Below are positions 55,808 to 64,000 of a DNA stretch of 64,000 nucleotides, piece by piece. The position numbers were made by a program, and so were the translations under genes. This DNA is from Chthonomonadales bacterium. GTDB lineage: Bacteria; Armatimonadota; Chthonomonadetes; Chthonomonadales; CAJBBX01. The first letter of the stretch is position 1. Each line of letters starts with the position of its first letter. The stretch is taken from assembly GCA_037443035.1 (NCBI GenBank), contig JBBIPC010000004.1:154914-218913 (forward strand), written 5' to 3'. Under the pieces are notes generated by a model. It saw nothing but the letters and a program-made list of their open reading frames with translations. It did not search any database and was not told the DNA's origin.

Positions 55808-58117
55808 ATGGCTCGAAGCAGATTCGATACCTCGAGGCGGCAGCGCTCACGTTCGGCGGGTTCCGCATCGCCTATGCGGACTGTGAAGTCGGTCATCGCC
55901 GTCGTCTTCCTGTTCTTCCTGACGGCCCTAGCGGCTGTGCTCGGGATCGGCATCGTCAGGTTCATCAAGATCTCCCGTGAACTGCCATCCGTGGCCGACA
56001 TCGCCAACTTCTCCCCTGAAGAGAGCACCAAGCTCTACTACTCGGATCCAGGCCCAGACGGCAAGCCCAAGCTCCTGGCGGTACTGGCTGGTGCCAATCG
56101 CAAGCCAGTGAAACTGAGCCAGATGTCCAAGCACCTGATCCATGCGACTATCGCCGTCGAGGATGTCCGGTTCTATCACCACCACGGTGTGGACTACTAT
56201 GGGATCGCCCGCGCCCTGTTCCGCAACATTGTCGGGGGTGACATCGCCGGGCAGGGCGCCAGCACTATCACTCAGCAGCTCGCTCGGAATATCGAGACGT
56301 TCGGCCTGACGCGGCGCAAAGTCCTGGACCGCAAGCTTCGCGAAGCGATCCTGGCGCGACGCATAGAGGAGACGTTCACGAAGGACGATATCCTCGAGCT
56401 GTACTTGAACACGATCTACTACGGCAACGGGGCCTACGGTGCCGAGGCCGCCGCACAGGCCTACTTCCGCAAGCCCGCGGCCAAGCTCAGTCTGAGCGAG
56501 GCGGCCTACCTCGCGGGAATACCCCAACGGCCTGTGAAATATTCGCACGACATCGCGGCTGCGTTACTACGACGGGATGTCGTTCTGGACCGCATGGTCG
56601 AAGCAGGTTACATCACACCGGAGCAACGTAACGAAGCGAGGATGCAGAGGATTGACCCGAAGAGGGTCGTCGTGACTGGGAACCGGATCTACGGCGCTCC
56701 CCATTTCGTGGATTACGTCGTCAGCGAGCTGCATCGCCTATATGGGACTGACAAAGCGCACAGCGGCCTGCGCGTCTACACGACGCTCGACTCGCGCATG
56801 CAGGAACGTGCCGAAGAGGTCATTCGTTCAGGTGTCCGCAACAGCCGCACCGTCAATCAAGGATGTCTCGTCAGCATTGACAACAAGACGGGCTACATAC
56901 GGGCGATGGTCGGAGGTGTTGACTACGACAAGGACCAGTTCAATGTCGTAACCCAAGGTCTTCGCCAGCCCGGCTCCGCTTTCAAGCCCATTGTCTACAC
57001 CGCCGCCATCGATACAGGGGTTTGTACCCTGGACAGCCGATTCCGCGACGATCCCGATTTCCCGTGGCGTGGACGGGACAGGTGGATTCCCAAGAACTAC
57101 GGTGGCCGCTACAGCTACGCCCCTGTGACGGTTCGAGATGCCATCCGCCGCTCGTTGAACACGATCGCCGTCAAGGTGGCCGTGCGAACCGGCATCCCTG
57201 TGGTCATCGAATACGCCCGCAAGATGGGCATTACCACGGATCTTGCCCCGTACCCACCCCTCGCTTTGGGCGCATCTGCTGTCCATCCCATGGAGCTCTG
57301 CGTAGCCTACTCCGTATTCGCCAATGGCGGCAAGCGAGTACGACCAACGGGCATCTTCCGCGTCCTGGAAAGAAACGGCGACCTCTTGGACGAGTTCACC
57401 CCTGACCAGCAGGACACAGGCATACAGCCTACGACGATAGAGCAGATGAACGAAGCGCTCCGCGATGTTGTGCTCCGAGGCACAGGAACGGCAGCAGCCT
57501 CGGTACCAGATGCCCATGGAAAGACCGGCACCACCAACGACAATCGCGACGCATGGTTCGCGGGCTACACGCCAGAACTCACCACCGTGGTCTGGGTGGC
57601 TCGAGAGCAACGCGTTGGCAAGCGCGTGCGCTATCTCGAAATGCCCGGCGGCACTGGTGGCAAGCTGTGCGCACCGCTGTGGCGCCAGTTCATGGAGCGG
57701 GCAGTCCAATATCAACGTGAGGCCACCGATCGCGAAGCTCGGCGCGCTGTAGAGGAGCCGCCGTTGCCACGAAAGTCGCCAGAGGAGAAGGCTGCCGAGC
57801 TACAGGACAGTCCTCCACCAGACATCACGCCCGAACCAGCAACGCAAGAGCCTCCGCCCAACGAGAGCACGCCGCCTGCCGACCAGCAACCACCTGAAAC
57901 GACGCCAACACCAGTACCGCCTCCGACACGCGTCGAGCGGCCACAACCACCGCCGCGTCCGGACCCCGGTGCGGAGATCGTCCGCGTCAGTCTATGTGCG
58001 GAGACAGGTCAGCTTGCCACACTCTACTGCCCAGTGACCATCGAGCGCAGTATGCCACGGCGAGACGTCCCACGTGTCTGCCGACTTCACCGCCCACCAC
58101 CCGGGGAGGGTCGCTGA
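55808..58117 (+). CDS. mrcA: Class A penicillin-binding protein (PBP1A; transglycosylase + transpeptidase) with a Pro-rich tail and C-terminal Cys module
   Basis: GT51 motifs EDVRFYHHHGVD and GASTITQQL. Transpeptidase motifs GSAFKP (SxxK), SLN and KTGTT. The C-terminus has a P/T/E-rich linker followed by C-x10-C...C-x2-H. Confidence 0.9.
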   Translation: MARSRFDTSRRQRSRSAGSASPMRTVKSVIAVVFLFFLTALAAVLGIGIVRFIKISRELPSVADIANFSPEESTKLYYSDPGPDGKPKLLAVLAGANRKPVKLSQMSKHLIHATIAVEDVRFYHHHGVDYYGIARALFRNIVGGDIAGQGASTITQQLARNIETFGLTRRKVLDRKLREAILARRIEETFTKDDILELYLNTIYYGNGAYGAEAAAQAYFRKPAAKLSLSEAAYLAGIPQRPVKYSHDIAAALLRRDVVLDRMVEAGYITPEQRNEARMQRIDPKRVVVTGNRIYGAPHFVDYVVSELHRLYGTDKAHSGLRVYTTLDSRMQERAEEVIRSGVRNSRTVNQGCLVSIDNKTGYIRAMVGGVDYDKDQFNVVTQGLRQPGSAFKPIVYTAAIDTGVCTLDSRFRDDPDFPWRGRDRWIPKNYGGRYSYAPVTVRDAIRRSLNTIAVKVAVRTGIPVVIEYARKMGITTDLAPYPPLALGASAVHPMELCVAYSVFANGGKRVRPTGIFRVLERNGDLLDEFTPDQQDTGIQPTTIEQMNEALRDVVLRGTGTAAASVPDAHGKTGTTNDNRDAWFAGYTPELTTVVWVAREQRVGKRVRYLEMPGGTGGKLCAPLWRQFMERAVQYQREATDREARRAVEEPPLPRKSPEEKAAELQDSPPPDITPEPATQEPPPNESTPPADQQPPETTPTPVPPPTRVERPQPPPRPDPGAEIVRVSLCAETGQLATLYCPVTIERSMPRRDVPRVCRLHRPPPGEGR

Positions 58118-58120
58118 GGG

Positions 58121-59962
58121 GTGTCACTGGTCGAACAGCCCCCGCCACCTCTCGACCCTACGCGCGTCAGAGTCCTCATGGTTGCAGTGGCGGTGGGCGC
58201 ACTCATCCTGGTGGCGCGACTCTGGTACCTGCAGATCGTTCTCGGTGATGCGCTTCTGGAAGAGTCGGAGGCAAATCGGACGCGCGTGACACGGCGTGTC
58301 CCACCGCGCGGGGTGATTACCGACGCGAACGGCAAGATCCTGGCGACCTGCAGACCCCGCATTGTCGTGCGCGTGATGCCTGACTCCGTGAAAAGGAACC
58401 CGTGGATCTTGCGGCGCCTGGCATCGCTCCTAGCGTGTTCTGAGGAAGAAGTGCGCACCGTCTATCAGGAGAACCGGGTCGATTCCTACCAGCCTGTTCT
58501 CGTTGCTTCCGACGTCGGTCTCGACGCGGCGACGAGAATCGAGGAGCACCGCTACGAGCTGCCAGGCGTGGTGGTGGGCCCGGAACCCGTGCGTTCCTAC
58601 CAGGTTGGCACGGCATACGGCCACGTTCTTGGCTACGTCGGGAAATGCTCCAAGCGCGATCTCGAGGAACGGGCGGCCGCCGGTTACGTGGCAGGCGATA
58701 CCTGCGGCAAGACCGGCGTCGAGGGAGGTCCATACGACGCGGCTCTGCGCGGCAGAGACGGGACCGTCACGGTCGAGGTAGATGCGCTTGGTGCAGTCCA
58801 GGGGGAGCTCTCATCCTCCGATCCCGTACCAGGAGCCACGCTTCGGCTGAACATTCGAGCCGACCTGCAGTCACTGGCATACCGCGAGCTGCACCGTTTC
58901 GTCGCGCATGGCAAGGCCGCCGCCGCCGTGGCCATGGACCCTACCTCAGGAGCAGTGCTCGCCATGGTGAGCGTGCCTTCCTTCGATCCCGGCGAGTTCG
59001 TAGGGGGTATCCCGCGATCGCGCTGGGATGCACTGCAGAAAGACCGACTGCGCCCACTGATCAACCGCACCACCGCCATGGCTGTGGCTCCGGGATCGGT
59101 CTTCAAGCTTGTCACGGCGACAGCTGGTCTGGATACGGGGAAAGCCAGCGTCTATTCTTCGGACTATTGCCGCGGCATCATCTATCTGGGACGCTGGCCC
59201 AAGCGCTGTCACCGCCGGTCCGGTCACGGTTCGGTGACGTTCATCGAGGCTGTCGCCAAGTCATGCGATGTGTTCTTCTATCACCTAGGTCAGCGCTTGG
59301 GGCCCGATACTATCGCTACTTACGCTCGGCGGTTCGGTCTTGGTGAGAAGACCGGCGTGGATATCGCTGGAGGTGAAGTTGCCGGGATTGTGCCTGACCC
59401 GGCATGGAAGGAGCGTCGCAAACTCGGCCCGTGGGTCGGTGGAGACACAGTGGATTACGCCATCGGACAGGCCATGTTAGGTTGCACTCCTCTTCAGGTC
59501 TGCAACGCTGTCGCTGCCATCGCCAACGGCGGCACGCTCTACCGCCCTCGTGTGGTGGGTTCGGTCACGACCTATGAGCCTGACGGAAAGAGCAGAGTCA
59601 GGTCAGTGCCACCGGAGCCTATCCGAAGCCTCGGCGTTCCATCGCGAACACTCGCCACGATTCGTCGTGCGATGGAGGCTGTCGTCGAGACGGGCGGCAC
59701 CGGCACGCGCTGCGCTATTCCTGGCATTCGTGTAGCAGGAAAGACGGGAACCGCACAGCGGCGGCGGCGAGGTGATCTGGTCAACGACGGATGGTTCGCC
59801 GGCTATGCGCCGGCCGACAACCCTCGCATCGCCGTCTGCGTTTACGTGGAAGAGGGCGGGCATGGCGGCGAGGTGGCGGCACCCATCGCACGGACCATCA
59901 TGGCCCATTATCTTGGCGTCAAGGTCGCACCCACGGCTCCAGAGGGACGCGCAGACGATTGA
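58121..59962 (+). CDS. mrdA: Class B penicillin-binding protein (PBP2-type transpeptidase)
   Basis: N-terminal TM and dimerisation domain, with SVFK (SxxK), SCD (SxD) and KTGTA motifs. The GTG start lies 3 nt after the PBP1A stop. Confidence 0.85.
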   Translation: MSLVEQPPPPLDPTRVRVLMVAVAVGALILVARLWYLQIVLGDALLEESEANRTRVTRRVPPRGVITDANGKILATCRPRIVVRVMPDSVKRNPWILRRLASLLACSEEEVRTVYQENRVDSYQPVLVASDVGLDAATRIEEHRYELPGVVVGPEPVRSYQVGTAYGHVLGYVGKCSKRDLEERAAAGYVAGDTCGKTGVEGGPYDAALRGRDGTVTVEVDALGAVQGELSSSDPVPGATLRLNIRADLQSLAYRELHRFVAHGKAAAAVAMDPTSGAVLAMVSVPSFDPGEFVGGIPRSRWDALQKDRLRPLINRTTAMAVAPGSVFKLVTATAGLDTGKASVYSSDYCRGIIYLGRWPKRCHRRSGHGSVTFIEAVAKSCDVFFYHLGQRLGPDTIATYARRFGLGEKTGVDIAGGEVAGIVPDPAWKERRKLGPWVGGDTVDYAIGQAMLGCTPLQVCNAVAAIANGGTLYRPRVVGSVTTYEPDGKSRVRSVPPEPIRSLGVPSRTLATIRRAMEAVVETGGTGTRCAIPGIRVAGKTGTAQRRRRGDLVNDGWFAGYAPADNPRIAVCVYVEEGGHGGEVAAPIARTIMAHYLGVKVAPTAPEGRADD

Positions 59963-60007
59963 GCAGCGTTCTGGAAGGCGTCACGGTACACGAAAGGTTA
60001 GAGCAAG

Positions 60008-61357
60008 ATGAACGTCGTCAAGCCTCGAGACGGAATGGTGATCCGCGAGAGTTGCCGATTGGCTGAAGGGACCTACATCCTGCCACACGGCCTACATGTC
60101 GAAGGCGCCAACGTCATTCTGGATGGTGCCGGCGCCACACTCATCGGTCCAACCAGCGACGCCTGCGGGATCACGGCCTACCGTGCTGACGGGCTCACAC
60201 TGGCCAATTTGCGCATTCGTGGCTACAAGCATGGCATATCTGTTACCGACTCCAAAGGTCTGACCATCACGGACTGCGACGTATCAGGCACCGCAGAGAT
60301 TCCAGCCAATACGATATTCCTCGACATCTGGAAGCCTGCCGACGATCCCTATGGCGGAGCGCTCTTGCTGGTTCGCGTTGAAGATACCGTGGTCCGCGCG
60401 AACCTACTGCTCCATCAGCAGAACGGTGTCCTTACCTATCACTGCCGCCGTCTCCGTATCCAAGGGAACAATGCTTCCTACTGCAGCGGCTTTGGCTTCC
60501 ATCTCCACGACACGACGGATAGCATCTTCGAAGGCAACCATGCGGACTACTGCTGCCGCTTCGAGCCGAGGGAGGGCGGCCTCCACTTCGGCCACATGGG
60601 CGCAGACGCAGCGGGCTTCGTGGCGGTTCGTGGGTCCTCGCGCAACGTGTTCAGGCGCAATGCGGCCAGGCTTGGGGGTGACGGGTTCTTCCTCGCAGGA
60701 ATGGGTCCCGACGGCGTGCTTAGTGGTTGCGATGACAACCTCTTCGAAGAGAACGACGGCTCCCTTAGCCCGAATATCGCTTTCGAGGCCACCTTCTGCC
60801 AGCGCAATGTGTTCCGTCGCAACTTCGCAGATCGGTGCAATTTCGGGTTCTGGCTAGGTTTCTCAGCTAACTCCACACTCGAAGACAACCGCATGGTCAT
60901 GAACCGGCAGGCAGGAATCGCCGTCGAGAACGGGAGGGGATTCCGAGTATCAGGGAATACGTTCCAGGCGAACGGCCACGGTCTGCTCCTCTGGTCCCAC
61001 TATGTGGAGCAGTTCGCCCAGGCGCTGCCGGACCGGTTGACATCCGTCGAATGGCAGATCGAAGGAAACATCTTCACACGGAACGGTAAGGGTATTCGCA
61101 TCGCTGCGAACCAGGATCACGGCATCCGTCCTGGTCCCGAACCCGACCTCGCGCGCATGGAGCTCCGTCCGCGTCAACATCGCATTATCGGGAACGACAT
61201 CCAAGACAACCGCATTGGCATCGAGCTGTTCTGCACCGACGACACCGTCATCGAGCGCAACATCTTGAACCGTAACGTCGAGGCGAACCTGCGACAAGAC
61301 GACGTGCGCGGCACGATTATGCGCAACAATCTTGGCGCCGCTGGCGCCTACCTGTAG
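60008..61357 (+). CDS. Right-handed parallel beta-helix repeat protein (NosD/CASH-like), no signal peptide
   Basis: Repeated ..N.I..N.. turns (IQGNNASY, FEGNHADY, FRRNAARL, FEENDGSL, FRRNFADR, LEDNRMVM, VSGNTFQAN, IEGNIFTRN, IIGNDIQDN, IERNILNRN). Confidence 0.7.
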   Translation: MNVVKPRDGMVIRESCRLAEGTYILPHGLHVEGANVILDGAGATLIGPTSDACGITAYRADGLTLANLRIRGYKHGISVTDSKGLTITDCDVSGTAEIPANTIFLDIWKPADDPYGGALLLVRVEDTVVRANLLLHQQNGVLTYHCRRLRIQGNNASYCSGFGFHLHDTTDSIFEGNHADYCCRFEPREGGLHFGHMGADAAGFVAVRGSSRNVFRRNAARLGGDGFFLAGMGPDGVLSGCDDNLFEENDGSLSPNIAFEATFCQRNVFRRNFADRCNFGFWLGFSANSTLEDNRMVMNRQAGIAVENGRGFRVSGNTFQANGHGLLLWSHYVEQFAQALPDRLTSVEWQIEGNIFTRNGKGIRIAANQDHGIRPGPEPDLARMELRPRQHRIIGNDIQDNRIGIELFCTDDTVIERNILNRNVEANLRQDDVRGTIMRNNLGAAGAYL

Positions 61358-61403
61358 GCTGGGTTCACTGCTGCTGCCAACGAGGAAGCGCTATGCAGAC
61401 GCT

Positions 61404-62222
61404 TCAGCCTACAGGGAAATACGTACGGAGGTCGTCGGCGTCGAGCTGCTGGCCATAATCGCTGATCTGAAACGCTTCTGCGTATAGCGTCTCCGCGGGC
61501 AGCAACGCCCGGAAGCGGTCGGCCAGATCGCTGGCTCTCCTGCGGTACAGGGTATCGATGCGGGCGCGCTGCGCCTCTGGATCCGCCGGAAAGTCGCTGA
61601 ATGCTTCGTGCGACCCGGCGTTGTACGGTATCCACTCGCAGAACTGCGACACGTGTTCGCAAACCGCCATGACCTTTTGCTCGATACTTGCGTCTATAGG
61701 AACAGCCACATCGGCCTGAAAGGGTCCGGCCTCGGTGAAGCCATCCTGCCAGTAGGCGACGACAGGGAGACGCCGTAGATGGGGCGTGTCGGGACAAGCA
61801 AGTGGTACGGTCAGCATATAGAGCGCATCGAGTACGAGCTGCGCGCCGTAGCGGTGATCACGATGGTAATCGCATGGGCGATTTGTCAAAATGATGTCCG
61901 GCCCATGCCCGATCGGTCCAAAGCCTCGGATCGCTCGGACCACGGCCTCCGTAGCCTCGCGGGTGACGTAGACTTCCCCGTCGTGCCAGCCCAAACATCG
62001 ATATTCGCACCCGATATGGGAGGCCGCCCTCAGCGCTTCCTCGCGGCGACGAACGGCCAGGCGACCAGGATCCTGGCGATAGATTTCCGCATAGTGACCC
62101 TTGTCACCATTGGTCAGCGACAGGAAGCGCACCAGGTCACCGCGCTTCGCGTAGAGTGCAGCCGTTCCTCCCATTGCCGACTCACAGTCATCAGGGTGTG
62201 CGCCCACGCACAAGACGTACAT
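61404..62222 (-). CDS. PIG-L/LmbE family deacetylase
   Basis: VGAHPDDCE and HRDH zinc-binding motifs. GGGAGG lies 8 nt upstream of the ATG. Confidence 0.8.
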   Translation of the reverse strand: MYVLCVGAHPDDCESAMGGTAALYAKRGDLVRFLSLTNGDKGHYAEIYRQDPGRLAVRRREEALRAASHIGCEYRCLGWHDGEVYVTREATEAVVRAIRGFGPIGHGPDIILTNRPCDYHRDHRYGAQLVLDALYMLTVPLACPDTPHLRRLPVVAYWQDGFTEAGPFQADVAVPIDASIEQKVMAVCEHVSQFCEWIPYNAGSHEAFSDFPADPEAQRARIDTLYRRRASDLADRFRALLPAETLYAEAFQISDYGQQLDADDLRTYFPVG

Positions 62223-62272
62223 CGTTGCGTCCTCCCAAGGCTAGTTTCCCTCCGGGGCCGAGCTTCCAGCCG

Positions 62273-62281
62273 TGCTATACT
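62273..62281 (+). promoter_or_regulatory. Extended -10 promoter abutting the DAHP synthase start codon (leaderless configuration)
   Basis: TGC-TATACT followed by CCCCAC and then ATG (62288). Confidence 0.4.
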
Positions 62282-62287
62282 CCCCAC

Positions 62288-63325
62288 ATGATTGTACTCA
62301 TGCATGCGAACGCTACGGAAGAACAGGTCCATGCTGTAGTGGACGTCATCGCCAACAGGGGCATGAAACCGCTCCGCCTCCCTGGTGGGGCCCACACCGC
62401 GATTGGCATCGCCAGCGTGATACCTCCTGATGCGCGCGACGGTCTCGCCGACGTGCTCCAGGGCATGCCGGGAGTGAGCAACGTGGTCCATGTCAGCCGG
62501 CCCTACAAGCTTGCTTCCCGAGAGTTCCATGCGGCTTCCACGCTTGTCCACGTCGGTGATGTTACCATCGGCAACGGCCCGCTCGTTGTCATCGCTGGAC
62601 CTTGCGCCATCGAGAGCCGTCGCCAGCTTCACGAGACAGCATACGCAGTCAAGGAGGCCGGAGCGCGTCTCCTCCGTGGCGGAGCCTTCAAGCCTCGCAC
62701 TTCGCCTTACTCTTTCCAAGGGCTGCAGGGCGTCGGTCTCGAGTACCTGCGTGAGGTTGGTGCACAGCTCGGCATGGGCACCGTTACCGAGGTCATGGAT
62801 CCCCACGACGTGGAACTGGTAGCCGAGCATGCGGACATGCTTCAGATCGGCGCGAGGAACATGCAGAACTTCTCGCTCCTTGTCGCGGCGGGACGATCTG
62901 GGAAGCCCATCCTCCTGAAGCGAGGTCCGAGCGCGACGATTGACGAGCTCCTCTTCGCAGCGGAGTACATTCTTCACGAGGGCAACAATCAGGTCGTGCT
63001 GTGCGAGCGGGGCGTCCTGCCGTTGGACCGCACCTATACGCGCAACACGCTGGATGTTTCGGCGGTACCTGTCCTCAAAGAGATCACTCACCTGCCTGTG
63101 ATCGTGGATCCTAGCCATGCCACAGGACATGCGCGTTATGTGCCGGCGCTGGCTCTAGCAGCCGTGGCTGCCGGTGCTGATGGCCTGATCGTCGAGGTCC
63201 ATCCCAGGCCGCAGGAGGCTCTCTCCGACGGCCAGCAGGCCCTGACCCCCGCTACGTTCGCGGAAACGATGCGGCTGGTTGCGCGCGTGGCCGGCGCCAT
63301 TGGCCGACCCGTTACCTGGGACTGA
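62288..63325 (+). CDS. aroF: 3-deoxy-7-phosphoheptulonate (DAHP) synthase, type I-beta with an N-terminal ferredoxin-like regulatory domain
   Basis: An N-terminal domain of about 70 aa (MIVLMHANATEEQVHAVV..), then GPCAIES, LRGGAFKPRTSPYSFQG, KRG and DPSHA motifs. The track start at 62156 overlaps the divergent PIG-L gene and was trimmed. Confidence 0.85.
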   Translation: MIVLMHANATEEQVHAVVDVIANRGMKPLRLPGGAHTAIGIASVIPPDARDGLADVLQGMPGVSNVVHVSRPYKLASREFHAASTLVHVGDVTIGNGPLVVIAGPCAIESRRQLHETAYAVKEAGARLLRGGAFKPRTSPYSFQGLQGVGLEYLREVGAQLGMGTVTEVMDPHDVELVAEHADMLQIGARNMQNFSLLVAAGRSGKPILLKRGPSATIDELLFAAEYILHEGNNQVVLCERGVLPLDRTYTRNTLDVSAVPVLKEITHLPVIVDPSHATGHARYVPALALAAVAAGADGLIVEVHPRPQEALSDGQQALTPATFAETMRLVARVAGAIGRPVTWD

Positions 63326-63356
63326 CGTGCCAGGCTTCCGCTTCTCACCCGAACCG

Positions 63357-64000
63357 TCACGCTTGCTCGGGTAGGGCCTCCAGATCGCCGGGACGGTCTA
63401 TATCTGCGGCAATGTCCGGGTCCGACATGATCAAAGCCCTGGCTTTCGCGTGCAGTAGCTTTGTCGCGGCACGTTCCAGTGTCGGCAGGCGTACGAGGCC
63501 ACGTCTCGTCATGAGGCTCACAGCAACTGCAAGCGCGATGCCAGGGCCAAGCATCATAGCTAACCGAAGCGGCCGCTTGCGCTGAGCGTAAGCCTGCTCG
63601 ATGTAGGACCGCTGCTCGAGAAACACATTTGGCCGCAGCAGAACCGCATTGCCGCCAGTGAAGCGCCCTTCACGAAGTGGAAGCGACGTGCGGTGCATCG
63701 TTGGGTATGCCTGAAGGCAGAGATCCACCGGCACGATAGGATAGACGAAATCGGCTTGCAGCGCTTCGCCTCGTTCGACCAAACGACTCACAGTCTCGCC
63801 GCGGATAAAGGGCATGTCCGAGGTCGCCACCAGAGCATAGGGCTCGTCCCGACACCACTCCAGTCCGCGGAAAAGATTGGCGACAAAGGTGTCGCCCTCC
63901 GCGACCTTCTCGAGGCCCTCGGGCACTGCAAGGTCCCCTACAACGAGGATCCGTCCAACACGCTCGGACGATCTCAAGGCATCTACTACGATCTCGAGCA
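63357..64000 (-). CDS. MobA-like/NTP-transferase family nucleotidyltransferase, N-terminus outside the window
   Basis: The frame stays open to the window edge (..LEIVVDALRSSERV..). ..YALVATSDMPFI.. resembles the NTP_transf_3 core. The function is tentative. Confidence 0.5.
   Translation of the reverse strand, partial: LEIVVDALRSSERVGRILVVGDLAVPEGLEKVAEGDTFVANLFRGLEWCRDEPYALVATSDMPFIRGETVSRLVERGEALQADFVYPIVPVDLCLQAYPTMHRTSLPLREGRFTGGNAVLLRPNVFLEQRSYIEQAYAQRKRPLRLAMMLGPGIALAVAVSLMTRRGLVRLPTLERAATKLLHAKARALIMSDPDIAADIDRPGDLEALPEQA

Noticed and set aside
57780-57960. An apparent nucleotide repeat in the PBP1A tail.
   Set aside because: It is low-complexity CCN/ACN/GAR codon runs encoding a Pro/Thr/Glu linker, not a discrete tandem repeat or a CRISPR-like array.
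61355-61411. A nested hairpin (TAGGCTG...CAGCCTA enclosing GAAGCG-N9-CGCTTC) between the beta-helix and PIG-L genes.
   Set aside because: It is a plausible convergent terminator, but the stems are short, the interior is largely unpaired and there is no U-tract. It is too weak to call.

Overview
This is a GC-rich, gene-dense bacterial chromosome segment from a diderm (outer-membrane-bearing) organism. I call about 55 protein-coding genes. I saw no rRNA, tRNA, CRISPR array, transposase, integrase, phage gene or recognisable defence gene, so the window reads as core genome, not an accessory island. Left part (1-11968): radA (3' part), nadC, birA, rdgB, DUF1844, Nif3, a large polytopic membrane protein, a Tat-signal Gfo/Idh/MocA oxidoreductase, wrbA, an ECF sigma / ZAS anti-sigma / Spy-CpxP-like triad, a small BON-like protein and a secreted HEAT-like protein. 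Centre (11975-33634, all minus strand): a 17-gene block of about 21.7 kb for outer-membrane biogenesis, in the order lipA, tamB, ECF sigma, bamA, skp, coiled-coil lipoprotein, lpxD, lpxC, fabZ, lpxA, lpxB, msbA, DUF374, waaA, lpxK, lpxL-like, kdsB. Right part: two Zn-dependent MDR dehydrogenases joined to hpnC-hpnD-hpnE (squalene synthesis); clpB plus two Hsp20 genes; dusB; guaB; an ABC-2 type ATPase and permease pair whose permease carries two Ig-like repeats; a minus-strand redox cluster (AKR, Tat-AKR with Fe-S, secreted hypothetical, Tat-DUF362, NapH/NapG-like polyferredoxin, solute-binding lipoprotein); PBP1A, PBP2 and a beta-helix protein; a PIG-L deacetylase; a type I-beta DAHP synthase; and a truncated nucleotidyltransferase. 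Several near-consensus sigma70-type promoters (TTGAC[TG]-N17/18-TA..AT) can be read directly, and three of them sit so close to an ATG that they imply leaderless mRNAs. The best candidates for undescribed biology are the ECF sigma factor translationally coupled to bamA inside the envelope super-cluster, and the Tat-dependent periplasmic redox module at 48156-55740. Both claims rest on motif-level reading only, with no database search, and should be treated as hypotheses. Many ORF-track starts are alternative codons (GTG/TTG) or over-extended; I trimmed them where a Shine-Dalgarno sequence, a promoter or a neighbouring gene argued for it.
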